NCBI GenBank assembly: GCA_023229825.1
Contig: JALNYN010000001.1
Coordinates: 14,422-78,421, forward strand
Length of the DNA stretch: 64,000 nucleotides
Source of the DNA: Minisyncoccota bacterium
Lineage (GTDB): Bacteria; Patescibacteriota; Minisyncoccia; Phycocordibacterales; CAIJYI01
Direction of reading: 5' to 3'
The position numbers and the translations under genes are program-made. Numbering within the stretch: the first letter of the stretch is position 1; the number at the start of each line of letters is the position of its first letter. The notes under the pieces are model-generated. The model had not been told where the DNA came from. It made no database searches and saw only the letters and a program-made list of their open reading frames with translations. This document shows positions 46,763-56,394 of the stretch, one piece after another.

Positions 46763-47272
46763 ATGAATAAGAAATTTTATATTTCTGCAGTTGTTCTGTT
46801 TGCGTTTATCTTCGCGGGAAGTGCCTCTGCCTTTGCGGAAGGGAAGGGCGAGAAGATGAGCGAGCAGCACAGAAATAATGTCGCCAAGGTTGTGGAAGAA
46901 CTTGAGAAGGTCGCCAATAAAGACGGTGCGATCGGAGAAGAAGTGAAGACCGTGGCGCAAGAAGAAAAAGATACGGTCGCGGGGGTCTCGGAAAAAATGG
47001 AAAAAGTGGAGAGCCGAAACGGTTTCAAAACCTTTCTCATTGGATCGGACTATAAAAATTTGGGAGCGATCCGCAGCGAGATCGTGACCACGCAGAACCA
47101 TATCGATCGGCTGACGAAATCTTTGGAACGCGCCACGAGCACCGAAGCGAAAGCCGAACTTCAAGCGCAGATCGACAGTCTGAAGGGGATACAAACAAAA
47201 GTCGAAACTTTCGTGAAAGACCACGAAGGGAAATTCAGTTTGTTCGGATGGCTGGTGAAAATGTTTCAGTAA
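46763..47272 (+). CDS. secreted coiled-coil protein (signal peptide)
   Basis: MNKKFYISAVVLFAFIFAGSASAFA then charged heptad-rich sequence; terminator follows. Confidence 0.65.
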   Translation: MNKKFYISAVVLFAFIFAGSASAFAEGKGEKMSEQHRNNVAKVVEELEKVANKDGAIGEEVKTVAQEEKDTVAGVSEKMEKVESRNGFKTFLIGSDYKNLGAIRSEIVTTQNHIDRLTKSLERATSTEAKAELQAQIDSLKGIQTKVETFVKDHEGKFSLFGWLVKMFQ

Positions 47273-47289
47273 AATCTATACGCATCAAT

Positions 47290-47324
47290 AAAAATGATCC
47301 GCCTCGAGGCGGATCATTTTTTTG
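47290..47324 (+). terminator. rho-independent terminator
   Basis: AAAAATGATCCGCCTCGAGGCGGATCATTTTTTTG. Confidence 0.8.
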
Positions 47325-47401
47325 TGTGAGTGAGAAATTGACATTTTTAATATCATTGTGTATGATTATACAACCTTGTTCATTTTTTTGGAGTAGAAAG
47401 T

Positions 47402-47644
47402 ATGAATTTTCGCAAATCTGTTACGTCGCTTTTTAAAGACCATCCGCGTGAAATTCGTCTGGCAGCAAAGATCTTTTTGTTTTTGGGAATAATCATCATC
47501 ATATTCGTTCCCGCCGTCTTTTGTTATTTCTTCGAAATGTCACATCCTGAGATGCTTCTCATCTCGGTGCTGGTCGGCACAATATTGTTCGTGATCGGAT
47601 TTTATCACACTCTCGATACGATCGGCCGCGACGATAACGAGTAA
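47402..47644 (+). CDS. small two-TM membrane protein
   Basis: 80-aa ORF with RBS ggagtagaaagtATG; terminator at 47657-47692. Confidence 0.45.
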   Translation: MNFRKSVTSLFKDHPREIRLAAKIFLFLGIIIIIFVPAVFCYFFEMSHPEMLLISVLVGTILFVIGFYHTLDTIGRDDNE

Positions 47645-47824
47645 CCGATCTTCATACCCCCGCATCAGACGATGCGGGGTTTTATGCGGGGGAAAGGCGT
47701 CCTTTTTCTGAAATTTTTATCGATTGACAACTTCATGAAAAAATATTATAATGAAATCGATAAGTTATCAAATAGTACTGATAGCACAGTTCCTTAACAA
47801 TTGACTTGAATATAGGAGGGTCAA

Positions 47825-49027
47825 ATGAATAACGGCAAATTAATTCGTTTGCCCGGGAATCCTCTTTTGGAGGTGGGTAAAACATTTAGTACTGACGAAT
47901 TTCTCTCTTTTCTTTTTGATTTTTTCGCCACATTGTGGCTGACGCATTATATCGCGGCCGGAGGAGGGGAACATATCCTTGCCGCGGTGAACGCAATATT
48001 TAATGTAATATTTGGAGGTTGGATCATCGTAACCATCCCGCTCTTGTTCGCTCTAGTAGGTCCGGTATGCGAGAAGATCGGATTCTTCCCGAAACACATT
48101 TGGGATTCTTGCTGGGAACGATTTAAAGACAAAAAAGAGGGAAAAGCAAAAACTCGCGGATTCTACGCGAAAAAGGCGATGTCTCGGGGTTTCAAAAGCA
48201 TGGGTGAAGATATCGTCGTGCATGACCCTATATATGTGACGGCAATGTTTTTTGGCGTCAGCATGTTTCCTTGGATCCCTCCTTGGGTGATCTGTATTTT
48301 TTGTTTCCTGCTCGCGGTATTCATTGTTATGATACTTGAAGTGGGAATAAAAGAGGTTCTGCATAAGACGGCGAAAGTATTGCTCGTGAAGAAAGGTTTT
48401 GAAGAAGAACCTTACTACGAAGCGAGATTCCTCTTTGACGATGAAGAAAAGGCGAGGGAAGTCTTTGGCGAACTCGCGAAAAAATTCGTCCACAAAGGTG
48501 AAGACGAGATCTGGAAGATCCATTACCATGACCGATATTTTTCAAAAAAGGAATGGTATAACGGAAGGGTCGCCAAATTGAGAAGCCGAGACCGGCACTT
48601 ACCGAACGGCGAACCGATGCGGACTTGGCAGATCGTGTATACGTTGGCGAAGGAAGAATGGGGCGGTAAGACCGACCAGTTCAGGTATTTTATCTCTCTC
48701 AAGGAGAAAATGTATTATTTGGCGGAACATCCGGAACACCTGCATCAGCCCGACAACATTCCCGACAGAAGGGTGCGCGAGACCGTCAAAAAAATGGCGG
48801 AAAACGAGGTGCCTTTTGTGATCGAGTTCGAACGTTTCGTCGCTGACGATCCGGAATGCCTGCTCATTACGCTCGACGTGGTTAAAACCGAAGACTCTTA
48901 TTTAATAGAGATCAAGGCAAGACCGAAGAACAAAGCGATGATGCAGGAAGCCATGCAATACGCCATGCACTTCGGCGGCTTGACCGCAACAGACGGAAAG
49001 TATTCTCTTTTTGCAGAGACGGTATAA
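47825..49027 (+). CDS. hypothetical membrane protein with ~220-aa cytoplasmic domain
   Basis: RBS aggagggtcaaATG; TM helices then a charged domain; terminator at 49031-49061. Confidence 0.6.
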   Translation: MNNGKLIRLPGNPLLEVGKTFSTDEFLSFLFDFFATLWLTHYIAAGGGEHILAAVNAIFNVIFGGWIIVTIPLLFALVGPVCEKIGFFPKHIWDSCWERFKDKKEGKAKTRGFYAKKAMSRGFKSMGEDIVVHDPIYVTAMFFGVSMFPWIPPWVICIFCFLLAVFIVMILEVGIKEVLHKTAKVLLVKKGFEEEPYYEARFLFDDEEKAREVFGELAKKFVHKGEDEIWKIHYHDRYFSKKEWYNGRVAKLRSRDRHLPNGEPMRTWQIVYTLAKEEWGGKTDQFRYFISLKEKMYYLAEHPEHLHQPDNIPDRRVRETVKKMAENEVPFVIEFERFVADDPECLLITLDVVKTEDSYLIEIKARPKNKAMMQEAMQYAMHFGGLTATDGKYSLFAETV

Positions 49028-49293
49028 TTGATGGACGGGAAAACCCCCGTCCATTTTTTTGTGGAGAAAGGGGAGACTAATGAATGACGTTAGAACCTCA
49101 AAATTTTTTGATAGCAAAAACGTGGCGTTTATTCACGCTTAATGATATAGAGTACGGGAGTGCGGTAAGTGACATGATAAAAAAGTGATTTTGTACAGCA
49201 CACTGATGGGGAGAAAAATCCACACAAAATTCATGGCGAGTTTCGTAACAAAATGTTATTATATAATATAATAAGCGCGCTTTTTCACAAAAA

Positions 49294-50490
49294 ATGAATT
49301 CCCCAAAAAAACCAACATATATAGACCTTTTTGCTGGATGCGGTGGTCTTTCTCTTGGCTTGTATCGTGCCGGATGGCACGGTCTTTTTGCAATTGAGAA
49401 GGATACGATGGCGTTCGGCACGCTTAAGCATAATTTGATTGACAAAAAAGAACATTTTACTTGGCCGGATTGGTTGCCTCAAAATGAACTTGAAATCAAA
49501 GACGTGCTATCTAAATACAAAAAAGAATTAAGCGAATTATCAGGAAAGGTTGATCTTGTCGTCGGAGGTCCTCCCTGTCAGGGGTTTTCAATGGCAGGAA
49601 AGCGCAATGAGGGCGACATGAGAAATAAACTTATCGATTCATATATCGATTTTGTAAAACTTGTTCGTCCAAGGATGATATTTTTCGAAAATGTCAAAGG
49701 TTTTACGGTAGGGTTTAAAAAGGGGGAAATCCGCGGGGATGCGTATTCGAAACATGTTATCAAATCATTAGGAGATTTAGGGTACAATGTTGACTGGAAA
49801 GTTCTCGATTTTTCTGAGTATGGCGTTCCGCAACGCCGGAAGCGATTTATTTTGGTCGGGGTTTTGGGTGGTGATGTTAATAAGTTTTTTGAACTGTTGA
49901 ATTTAAACCGAAAGCAATTTCTTTCAGATAATAAACTCTTGCAAAAGTGTACTTTGAAGGCGGCTCTTTCCGATTTATATCAAGCAAATGGGATCGTAGA
50001 CTCTCCTGATTCAAAAAACTTCAAAGCGGGGATTTATTCGTCACCCAAAAGTAATTATCAAAAATTAATGAGATCAGGGGGTGATATTCCAAAAATTCCC
50101 GATAGTCATCGCTTTGCCAAACACGGAGAAGAAACTGTTAAATTATTTCAAACTTTATTAAAAAAAGCAGAGAAAGGTAAACGGATTGACGGTGATGAAA
50201 GATTGAAGTATGGTTTGAAGAAACGAGGCATTACAGTCCTCGGAGAGGATCTTTCAAGCCCTACACTTACGACACATCCGGATGATTACGTTCATTATCT
50301 TGAGCCGAGAATTTTGACAGTGCGCGAATATGCTCGAATTCAGTCATTTCCGGATTGGTTTGAAATAAGAGGAAAATACACCACAGGTGGAAAACAGCGA
50401 GTCAAAGAAGTTCCGAGATATACTCAACTTGGGAATGCAATCCCTCCCCTGTTTGGTGAACAGGCGGGAAGAGTTCTTAAGAAGTTGTAG
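49294..50490 (+). CDS. DNA (cytosine-5)-methyltransferase
   Basis: Motif I DLFAGCGGLSLG, motif IV GGPPCQGFS, motif VI FFENVKGF, motif VIII region. Confidence 0.9.
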   Translation: MNSPKKPTYIDLFAGCGGLSLGLYRAGWHGLFAIEKDTMAFGTLKHNLIDKKEHFTWPDWLPQNELEIKDVLSKYKKELSELSGKVDLVVGGPPCQGFSMAGKRNEGDMRNKLIDSYIDFVKLVRPRMIFFENVKGFTVGFKKGEIRGDAYSKHVIKSLGDLGYNVDWKVLDFSEYGVPQRRKRFILVGVLGGDVNKFFELLNLNRKQFLSDNKLLQKCTLKAALSDLYQANGIVDSPDSKNFKAGIYSSPKSNYQKLMRSGGDIPKIPDSHRFAKHGEETVKLFQTLLKKAEKGKRIDGDERLKYGLKKRGITVLGEDLSSPTLTTHPDDYVHYLEPRILTVREYARIQSFPDWFEIRGKYTTGGKQRVKEVPRYTQLGNAIPPLFGEQAGRVLKKL

Positions 50491-50492
50491 AC

Positions 50493-52772
50493 ATGAAAAA
50501 TAAAATACAGTTCAAAATCAGTTCGGGTCTTAAAAACCTGATAGGGAGAGAATTGATAACCGATGAATATATCGCGATTTTTGAACTTGTAAAAAATTCC
50601 TATGATGCACGCGCGACAAAAGTGACGATTGCATTTGAAAACATTACGGATCCGGAAAAATCGAAAATTATTATTTCGGACAACGGTAAGGGGATGAATT
50701 ATGATGACCTGATTGATAAATGGCTTTTTGTGGCTTATTCTGCAAAAAAAGAAGGAACGGAAGACGCGGGAGAATATAGAGATAAAATTAATTCAAAACG
50801 GCTTTATGCCGGAGCGAAAGGTGTCGGTCGTTTCTCTTGTGATCGTTTGGGATCAGAATTGAATTTAATAACCACAAAAAACACCAAAAATGCTAAAACA
50901 GAAAATCTTTTTGTAAACTGGACTGATTTTGAAAAGGATGCAGAAAAAATCTTTGCAAAAGTTGATGTTCAACACGAGACTCTTAAAGAAAATCCATACA
51001 AAATCAACCACGGTACCGTTCTGGAAATCTGCGGACTTCGTGATAAATGGGATAGAAAAAGAATATTGAGTTTAAAAAGGTCACTCGCTAAATTGATCAA
51101 CCCTAATCAGGGAAATGATAATTCGAAATTTTCTATTGAAATATTGGCTTCCGAGGAGAAAAACGAAGACAGGAAGCAAAAAAAAGAAAGGGATTGTGTA
51201 AACGGATATGTTACTAATTTTCTCTTTGAAACTCTTGGGTTAAAAACAACTCAAATTATGGCGGAGATATCTCCGGATGGGAATATCATCATCACTACAC
51301 TAAAAGACCGCGGTCGTTTAATATATAAATTAACAGAAAATAACCCCTTTCAGGGGCTTTTGACTGATATAAAAATTCACCTTTTTCATTTAAACAGAAA
51401 ATCAAAAGCAAATTTTACCAAAACGATGGGCATGGAACCAGTAAAATATGGTTCGATTTTTCTCTATAAAAATGGTTTTCGAATATACCCTTTTGGTGAG
51501 GATGGTGAGGATTTGTTAGGAATAGAAAGAAGGAAACAGCAAGGGTATAATCGGTTTCTCGGAACTCGGGATCTTATGGGAAGAATTGAAATTGACGGGA
51601 AGAATGAGGAGTTAAAAGAAACTACCAGCCGAGATGGCGGTCTCATGAAAAATAAAAACTATGAGGCTCTCTTAAAATTTTTTAATGAGTATGCGCTTAG
51701 AAGACTTGAGAAATATGTCGTGGACGTCATCAAGTGGGGAGATGATACAAAATCCGGTCAATTGGCTCTTGAGCCCGAGGATGTAAAAACACAAATTTCC
51801 GACATTGTTGCTGGTATAACAAGTCCGAAAGGTATAATAAATCTTGAGTACGATAAAAATTTCTTAGATATTATTTCTGAGAGTCAAGAGAAAAGTCTGC
51901 CAAAAATTGCGAAAAACTTTGCACGTATTGCTGAAGAAAGTGGCAATAAGGAGTTACAGAAAGAAGCGGCGCGTGCAGTGCTCCAAGTTAAAGAGTTGCT
52001 TGCTGCAAAAGTCGAGGCGGAAAAAGGTGAAAAAAATGCTCAGGAGTTAATTAAATCGACAGAGCAAAAGTTGGAAGAAGAAATCAGTGAAAAACTTTTT
52101 CTTAAGTCTGTTCTATCGACAGATACAGAAGAGGTTATCGTGTTGCAACATCAGATTGATATATCAACAGAAGCAATCAAGGATGGTGTTGGTGATTTGC
52201 TTTATATGGTCAACCACAAGGTTCCAAAAGAAAAAATGCTGGAACCGATAGAAAGAATACGATTTGAAGCAGAAAAAATATCTTCAATTGTAAAATTTTC
52301 AACTAAAGCCAATTTTAGTCTTCAGGTTCCCGAGATAACAGCAGACCTCGTTTCTTTTGTTAAGGAATATATTGAAAATGTTTACAGGGAAGATGAAGCC
52401 ATAAAAACCAATCGACCCTATGTTATTTTTAAGGTAATAACAAATGGAGCCAAATTTTCGTGCAAGTTTAGACCGCTCGAAGTGATAATGGTGATAGACA
52501 ACCTTTTTAGTAATTCGATGAAACACAACGCTCGAAATATTACTATTTCGTGTACTAATCATAATGATGTGTTAGAAATAAAAGTGAAAGACGACGGAAC
52601 GGGGATAGAAGAGCGAATTTTCTCTAAAGTTTTTAATCTTGGTTTTACAACGACAGATGGATCTGGAATCGGACTTTATCACGTAAAGCAAATTATTGAA
52701 AAAATGCACGGAAAAGTTGAAGTTGGTCGGACTGAAAAAGGAGCTGAGATTATAATTCGAATAAAAAAATGA
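50493..52772 (+). CDS. protein with two GHKL ATPase modules: an N-terminal MutL/MORC/Hsp90-like one and a C-terminal histidine-kinase-like one
   Basis: N-terminal ELVKNSYDA...ISDNGKGM; C-terminal N-box IDNLFSNSMKHN, G1 DDGTGI, G2 GSGIGLYHVKQI; starts 3 nt after the methyltransferase stop. Confidence 0.7.
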   Translation: MKNKIQFKISSGLKNLIGRELITDEYIAIFELVKNSYDARATKVTIAFENITDPEKSKIIISDNGKGMNYDDLIDKWLFVAYSAKKEGTEDAGEYRDKINSKRLYAGAKGVGRFSCDRLGSELNLITTKNTKNAKTENLFVNWTDFEKDAEKIFAKVDVQHETLKENPYKINHGTVLEICGLRDKWDRKRILSLKRSLAKLINPNQGNDNSKFSIEILASEEKNEDRKQKKERDCVNGYVTNFLFETLGLKTTQIMAEISPDGNIIITTLKDRGRLIYKLTENNPFQGLLTDIKIHLFHLNRKSKANFTKTMGMEPVKYGSIFLYKNGFRIYPFGEDGEDLLGIERRKQQGYNRFLGTRDLMGRIEIDGKNEELKETTSRDGGLMKNKNYEALLKFFNEYALRRLEKYVVDVIKWGDDTKSGQLALEPEDVKTQISDIVAGITSPKGIINLEYDKNFLDIISESQEKSLPKIAKNFARIAEESGNKELQKEAARAVLQVKELLAAKVEAEKGEKNAQELIKSTEQKLEEEISEKLFLKSVLSTDTEEVIVLQHQIDISTEAIKDGVGDLLYMVNHKVPKEKMLEPIERIRFEAEKISSIVKFSTKANFSLQVPEITADLVSFVKEYIENVYREDEAIKTNRPYVIFKVITNGAKFSCKFRPLEVIMVIDNLFSNSMKHNARNITISCTNHNDVLEIKVKDDGTGIEERIFSKVFNLGFTTTDGSGIGLYHVKQIIEKMHGKVEVGRTEKGAEIIIRIKK

Positions 52773-53746
52773 GATTAAAATACAAAATTTTATGGTTTGA
52801 GGATGACTCAGAATTTCTTGAAAAAAGACTCGTTCCACGAATAGAGAAATATTTAAGTGAAGGATTAGGATTTGATTCCGAAATTGTTCATAAAACAAGC
52901 GGTACAAATGTTGATGCTCTTGTTTCTCGTGAAGAATACGATCTTATTGTTACCGATTTAAATCTTACGCAAGGGAAAGACGAAATCGGTCAAAAAATTA
53001 TTGAGAAAGTTCGGCTTCAGAAAATTTTAACCGATGTGCTTCTTTATTCGAGTTCACCACGTGCTATAAAAGAAATAAAAGAAAAAAATCCAGGGATAGA
53101 AAGAATTTCTTTTGCCTCTGGTCGTGCGGCGATATATGATAAACTATGCGAAATCATTTTTTTGACTGTTAGAAAAGTTCAGGATGTTAATAATTTAAGG
53201 GGAATGGTTATTACTGAGGCGATTGATATTGAAACGAGGATTCGAGATTTATTAGTTGAGAAATTTGAAGAATTAGACGCGGATGAACTTGAAAAACTCA
53301 GACAAAAAAAAATTAAACATAAAAAAAATAATGTTGATAAGTTAAAAAAAAGTGTTGCGAAAAGTGTGTCTCAGCTGGTTGAAGGATTGTTTACTTTTTC
53401 TGAGCTCCACGACGAATTAATGGGAATGATAGGGGAAGCTATTTCTGAAACGAAACGGGTACTTTGTGATCCAAGAAAGGCTAAGTCAACAGATCCAAAG
53501 TTAATTAAATTAAAAAAATTAGCATTTTTACGGGATGAATTACAAAAAATGAAATCAGACGTAATTCATCTTAGAAATGATATGGCACATGCGAAGGCTG
53601 AAAGACATCCTACGACAGGACGACCAGTTTTAACGAGCATAATTAGCGGAAAAAAACAACATTTTGACGATACTAAGTGTATAAAAATAAGGAAAGCTAT
53701 ATTGAGCCATTTCCAAAATATTGAGGAAATTGCGAAGCACTTATAA
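52769..53746 (+). CDS. receiver (REC)-like domain protein; the C-terminal helical domain carries an Rx4H motif (RNDMAH), possibly HEPN-like
   Basis: ILWFEDD ... DLIVTDLNL acidic-pocket and phospho-Asp pattern; ATGA overlap with the upstream gene. Confidence 0.55.
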   Translation: MRLKYKILWFEDDSEFLEKRLVPRIEKYLSEGLGFDSEIVHKTSGTNVDALVSREEYDLIVTDLNLTQGKDEIGQKIIEKVRLQKILTDVLLYSSSPRAIKEIKEKNPGIERISFASGRAAIYDKLCEIIFLTVRKVQDVNNLRGMVITEAIDIETRIRDLLVEKFEELDADELEKLRQKKIKHKKNNVDKLKKSVAKSVSQLVEGLFTFSELHDELMGMIGEAISETKRVLCDPRKAKSTDPKLIKLKKLAFLRDELQKMKSDVIHLRNDMAHAKAERHPTTGRPVLTSIISGKKQHFDDTKCIKIRKAILSHFQNIEEIAKHL

Positions 53747-54007
53747 AGTTCGGCGCTTATTTGTTTTTTTGTTTAATTTCTTCCTTGATTATAACTTAAT
53801 GAGGTACAATTCTTTTTTAAAGTAGTGTTGTAACGAATTTTAAACGACGCCGGACGGTTTAATCGTGTGCTTCGCACGCTATCACGGATGGGGGATATCT
53901 TTCATTACATGAACGGTACAGTTTTCACACCTCACTTCGCCTGTGGGCTCGTTGCGGTATGTTCAAACTCTTCGATTCCCCCGCGCGAGACAAGCAGTTG
54001 TCTCGCT

Positions 54008-54073
54008 CATCTCCACAAATCTAAAAAACAGTCCGCTTGTTGGCGGACTGTTTTTTAGATTTGTGGAGATGGG
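54008..54073. terminator. long inverted repeat / bidirectional terminator abutting the tmRNA 3' end (a 29-bp stem that includes an inverted copy of the tmRNA 3'-terminal 15 nt)
   Basis: CATCTCCACAAATCTAAAAAACAGTCCGC-TTGTT-GGCGGACTGTTTTTTAGATTTGTGGAGATG. Confidence 0.6.
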
Positions 54074-54449
54074 GGGAATTGAACCCCCGTGCAAAAAGGA
54101 ACTCTTGGTGCCGGTACAAACATAGTTTATTTTTTTTGGTTTAAACCTTATAAGTTTGAAATAAACAAAATCTTATAAGCGTCGAGCTTCCTTTGTTTTG
54201 AAAATGTGCCGAAGCGCTCACATTTTCTATCCTGATGATATTACACCTTTTCTTTCTTATCAGGACTCAAAAAGAAAAGATGCCGTTTACGCTAAAGCGT
54301 AGCTCGGAGCGAAGTACGGAGATAAGACCGCACCTGCTTTTTTAGATAAGTTTGCACTTATGCAGTTTCTCGCGCATTTTAACGGGTGAGCGAGAATATC
54401 CGGTTTGAGCATTCAAGAGAGCGGCTTATTGTCTAGGCCGATCATCCCC
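54062..54449 (-). ncRNA. ssrA: tmRNA (ssrA)
   Basis: 5' GGGGAUG pairs with 3' CAUCUCC, including a G3:U70 wobble; T-arm GGGGGTTCAATTCCCCC; tag ORF ending ...YALA-TAA (stop at 54287-54289); adjacent to smpB. Confidence 0.7.
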
Positions 54450-54540
54450 ATGGGTTATCAAGGTGCTTATATAGTATACCGCAAAACTCACATATTGACA
54501 ATAGCTATAAATAATGTTATTTACAGCCTGAATTTGGCGC

Positions 54541-54990
54541 TCATCTTGCTTTCCATTCTCTGGCTATGTCGCGCTCGGTATCGCGTTTTTTGATGGTTTC
54601 TCGTTTGTCGTATTTTTTCTTTCCGCGCACTATGGCGATCCCTACTTTTATCTTCTTTCCTTTGCCGAACATCGAAATAGGGATGATCGTCAATCCTTTT
54701 TGCCCTTCGGCGCGGGCTATTTGGGCGATCTCTTTTTTTGTCAGAAGGAGTTTTCTGGTGCGATCGGTCTGGTAAGCCGACACGGCGTTGTTGGGCTGGT
54801 AGAGCGGAATCGATGCGCCGACCAAGAACGCTTCGCCGCCTCGAACGAGCACGCGGGCGCCTTCAAGAGAACCGTGAGAAGATTTTACGGATTTTACTTC
54901 GTGCCCGAGCAGTTCAATGCCTGCATCGAATTTCTCGATCATTTCGTAATCGAAATGCGCTTTTTTGTTATGGACAAACGTCGGCATGGG
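54541..54990 (-). CDS. smpB: SsrA-binding protein SmpB
   Basis: AHFDYEMIEKFDAGIELLGHEVKS...; start at MPTFVH (the long ORF extension is not conserved). Confidence 0.9.
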   Translation of the reverse strand, partial: PMPTFVHNKKAHFDYEMIEKFDAGIELLGHEVKSVKSSHGSLEGARVLVRGGEAFLVGASIPLYQPNNAVSAYQTDRTRKLLLTKKEIAQIARAEGQKGLTIIPISMFGKGKKIKVGIAIVRGKKKYDKRETIKKRDTERDIAREWKAR

Positions 54991-55119
54991 TACAGTATAG
55001 CAAAAGCGAGCGGTCTTGACAAACGGCAAATTGCAAGCTAAACTCAAACGGAATTTCGTCGTGTTTTGGCGGCGGATGAAATTTTGTTTTTTCACAATTT
55101 TTTTCACAGGAGGAACGTC

Positions 55120-55431
55120 ATGACTATATATATGGGACCGGAGGGCGATATTTTTGGATTTGATGGAAAGAAATCTGCCAAGGACGACAAAAATGAAACA
55201 TTTGTACATGGACGTTATAGAACAAAGAAAATCCAAGCGCTCAATTTTTTAGAGGGTGCGAGCGACGAGGCTTATTATACGAAAGAAGCATTGTCTACCA
55301 TTAGGAAAGCGGGAGTGCCGGGTTTTACCGGTGCCAATATGGAAAAGATCCTTTCTTTATATGAGGAGATCAATCTTCGTTTGCGCCGCGAGATGGTGTT
55401 GATGAAAAGGAGTATTGTCGAAGAAGAATAA
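55120..55431 (+). CDS. hypothetical protein
   Basis: SD aggagg 6 nt upstream of the ATG at 55120; terminator at 55451-55482. Confidence 0.5.
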   Translation: MTIYMGPEGDIFGFDGKKSAKDDKNETFVHGRYRTKKIQALNFLEGASDEAYYTKEALSTIRKAGVPGFTGANMEKILSLYEEINLRLRREMVLMKRSIVEEE

Positions 55432-55522
55432 CGGCGATCGTTTGACTAGTGAAGCTCCGTACTGAAGTGCGGAGTTTTTTTGTGGAGGGGCAAAGGTCCA
55501 TAATGTCGGACGCTCGCCATAT

Positions 55523-55551
55523 GGATTCAGGATCGCGGTCCGGAATGACGA
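55523..55551. repeat. Family-B unit (reverse orientation)
   Basis: TGGATTCAGGATCGCGGTCCGGAATGACG. Confidence 0.5.
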
Positions 55552-55663
55552 CGATAACGGGTTTCGGTGCTTGACAAAAGACCATGAGATGAGCTAAATT
55601 CGAGAGAGATTCCGTGTTTTTGAAACGGATGATCTGGATGTTTGAAAAGGAGGCAGAGAAGCT

Positions 55664-56026
55664 ATGAAAGTTATGCATGGTCAAGACCCGGCTTATAAAC
55701 AACGGCAAACCGAGAGAGAAATTGAACAGCGCAGAGAATTTGTTCGTTTGGTGATGGAGGCGATGCCGTTCACGGCGCATTATGGCCACACTCATGACGA
55801 TGTGCCGAATTTTATGGAATTGGCTTTTGGGGAGAAATTCGAATTGGTTCACATGTCACCGCATGAAGCGGATAAAAATTCCCCGTACCTCACTATGGTG
55901 CTGCAGAAGTTTTGTGTGAGTGCAAGACTTGTTAAGACCCGTGTTGAGACCAAAGATGTTTTCCGCGTTCATTACTTCGTCGTACCGAATCAATGTTACC
56001 TCGATAGTCTTCGTGGAGTTTGTTGA
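55664..56026 (+). CDS. hypothetical protein
   Basis: 120-aa ORF with RBS aaggaggcagagaagctATG. Confidence 0.5.
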   Translation: MKVMHGQDPAYKQRQTEREIEQRREFVRLVMEAMPFTAHYGHTHDDVPNFMELAFGEKFELVHMSPHEADKNSPYLTMVLQKFCVSARLVKTRVETKDVFRVHYFVVPNQCYLDSLRGVC

Positions 56027-56096
56027 TCATTCATATTTCATTCATATTGAAATTTTGAAATGAGGTCAGTCAAATTATGGTTTAAATGGAGGCGAC

Positions 56097-56282
56097 ATGG
56101 GCGGTCTCGATTTCGTTGAAAAAGTTTTAGAGTTGACCCGAGCAGGGGTGAGCGTCACGGAAAAGGATTACCTCTCTGGGCGGATGGTTGACGCGAAGTA
56201 TGCTGAAGCGCTCGAGATCTTGTGCGATGTTCATGTTGTGACCGATTCCGAACTCGGTTCGGGTCGTGAAATGGATAAATGA
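56097..56282 (+). CDS. hypothetical small protein
   Basis: 61-aa ORF with RBS (ggaggcgacATG); terminator at 56288-56317. Confidence 0.4.
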   Translation: MGGLDFVEKVLELTRAGVSVTEKDYLSGRMVDAKYAEALEILCDVHVVTDSELGSGREMDK

Positions 56283-56394
56283 GATCAAGGCTCCGCTATT
56301 TGGCGGAGCTTTTTTGTATCTATTTATGTTGTTAGCGTGAAGGGAATGTACTGACAGACTTGCCTCTTATTCCTCGTCGTGTTATCATATCACG

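Noticed and set aside
46538-47224. 228-aa minus-strand ORF overlapping the secreted coiled-coil gene
   Set aside because: The plus-strand ORF has a clear signal peptide, RBS context and a terminator; the minus ORF is Phe/Leu-rich low-complexity antisense translation.
47825-49027. CYTH/adenylate-cyclase-like assignment for the cytoplasmic domain of the 400-aa membrane protein
   Set aside because: The N-terminal ExExK-type signature is not convincingly present; left as hypothetical.
53960-53990. TTCGATTCCCCC T-loop-like motif on the plus strand near the tmRNA locus
   Set aside because: No complementary stem or acceptor arm; it does not fold into a tRNA or tmRNA 3' domain. The tmRNA is on the minus strand.
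46141-54073. Classical ssrA-integrated genomic island spanning the Dcm-GHKL-REC cluster
   Set aside because: No integrase gene and no direct repeat of the tmRNA 3' end; the duplicated 15 nt is inverted and part of the terminator stem. The region may still be accessory, but the island boundaries are not demonstrable from this window.
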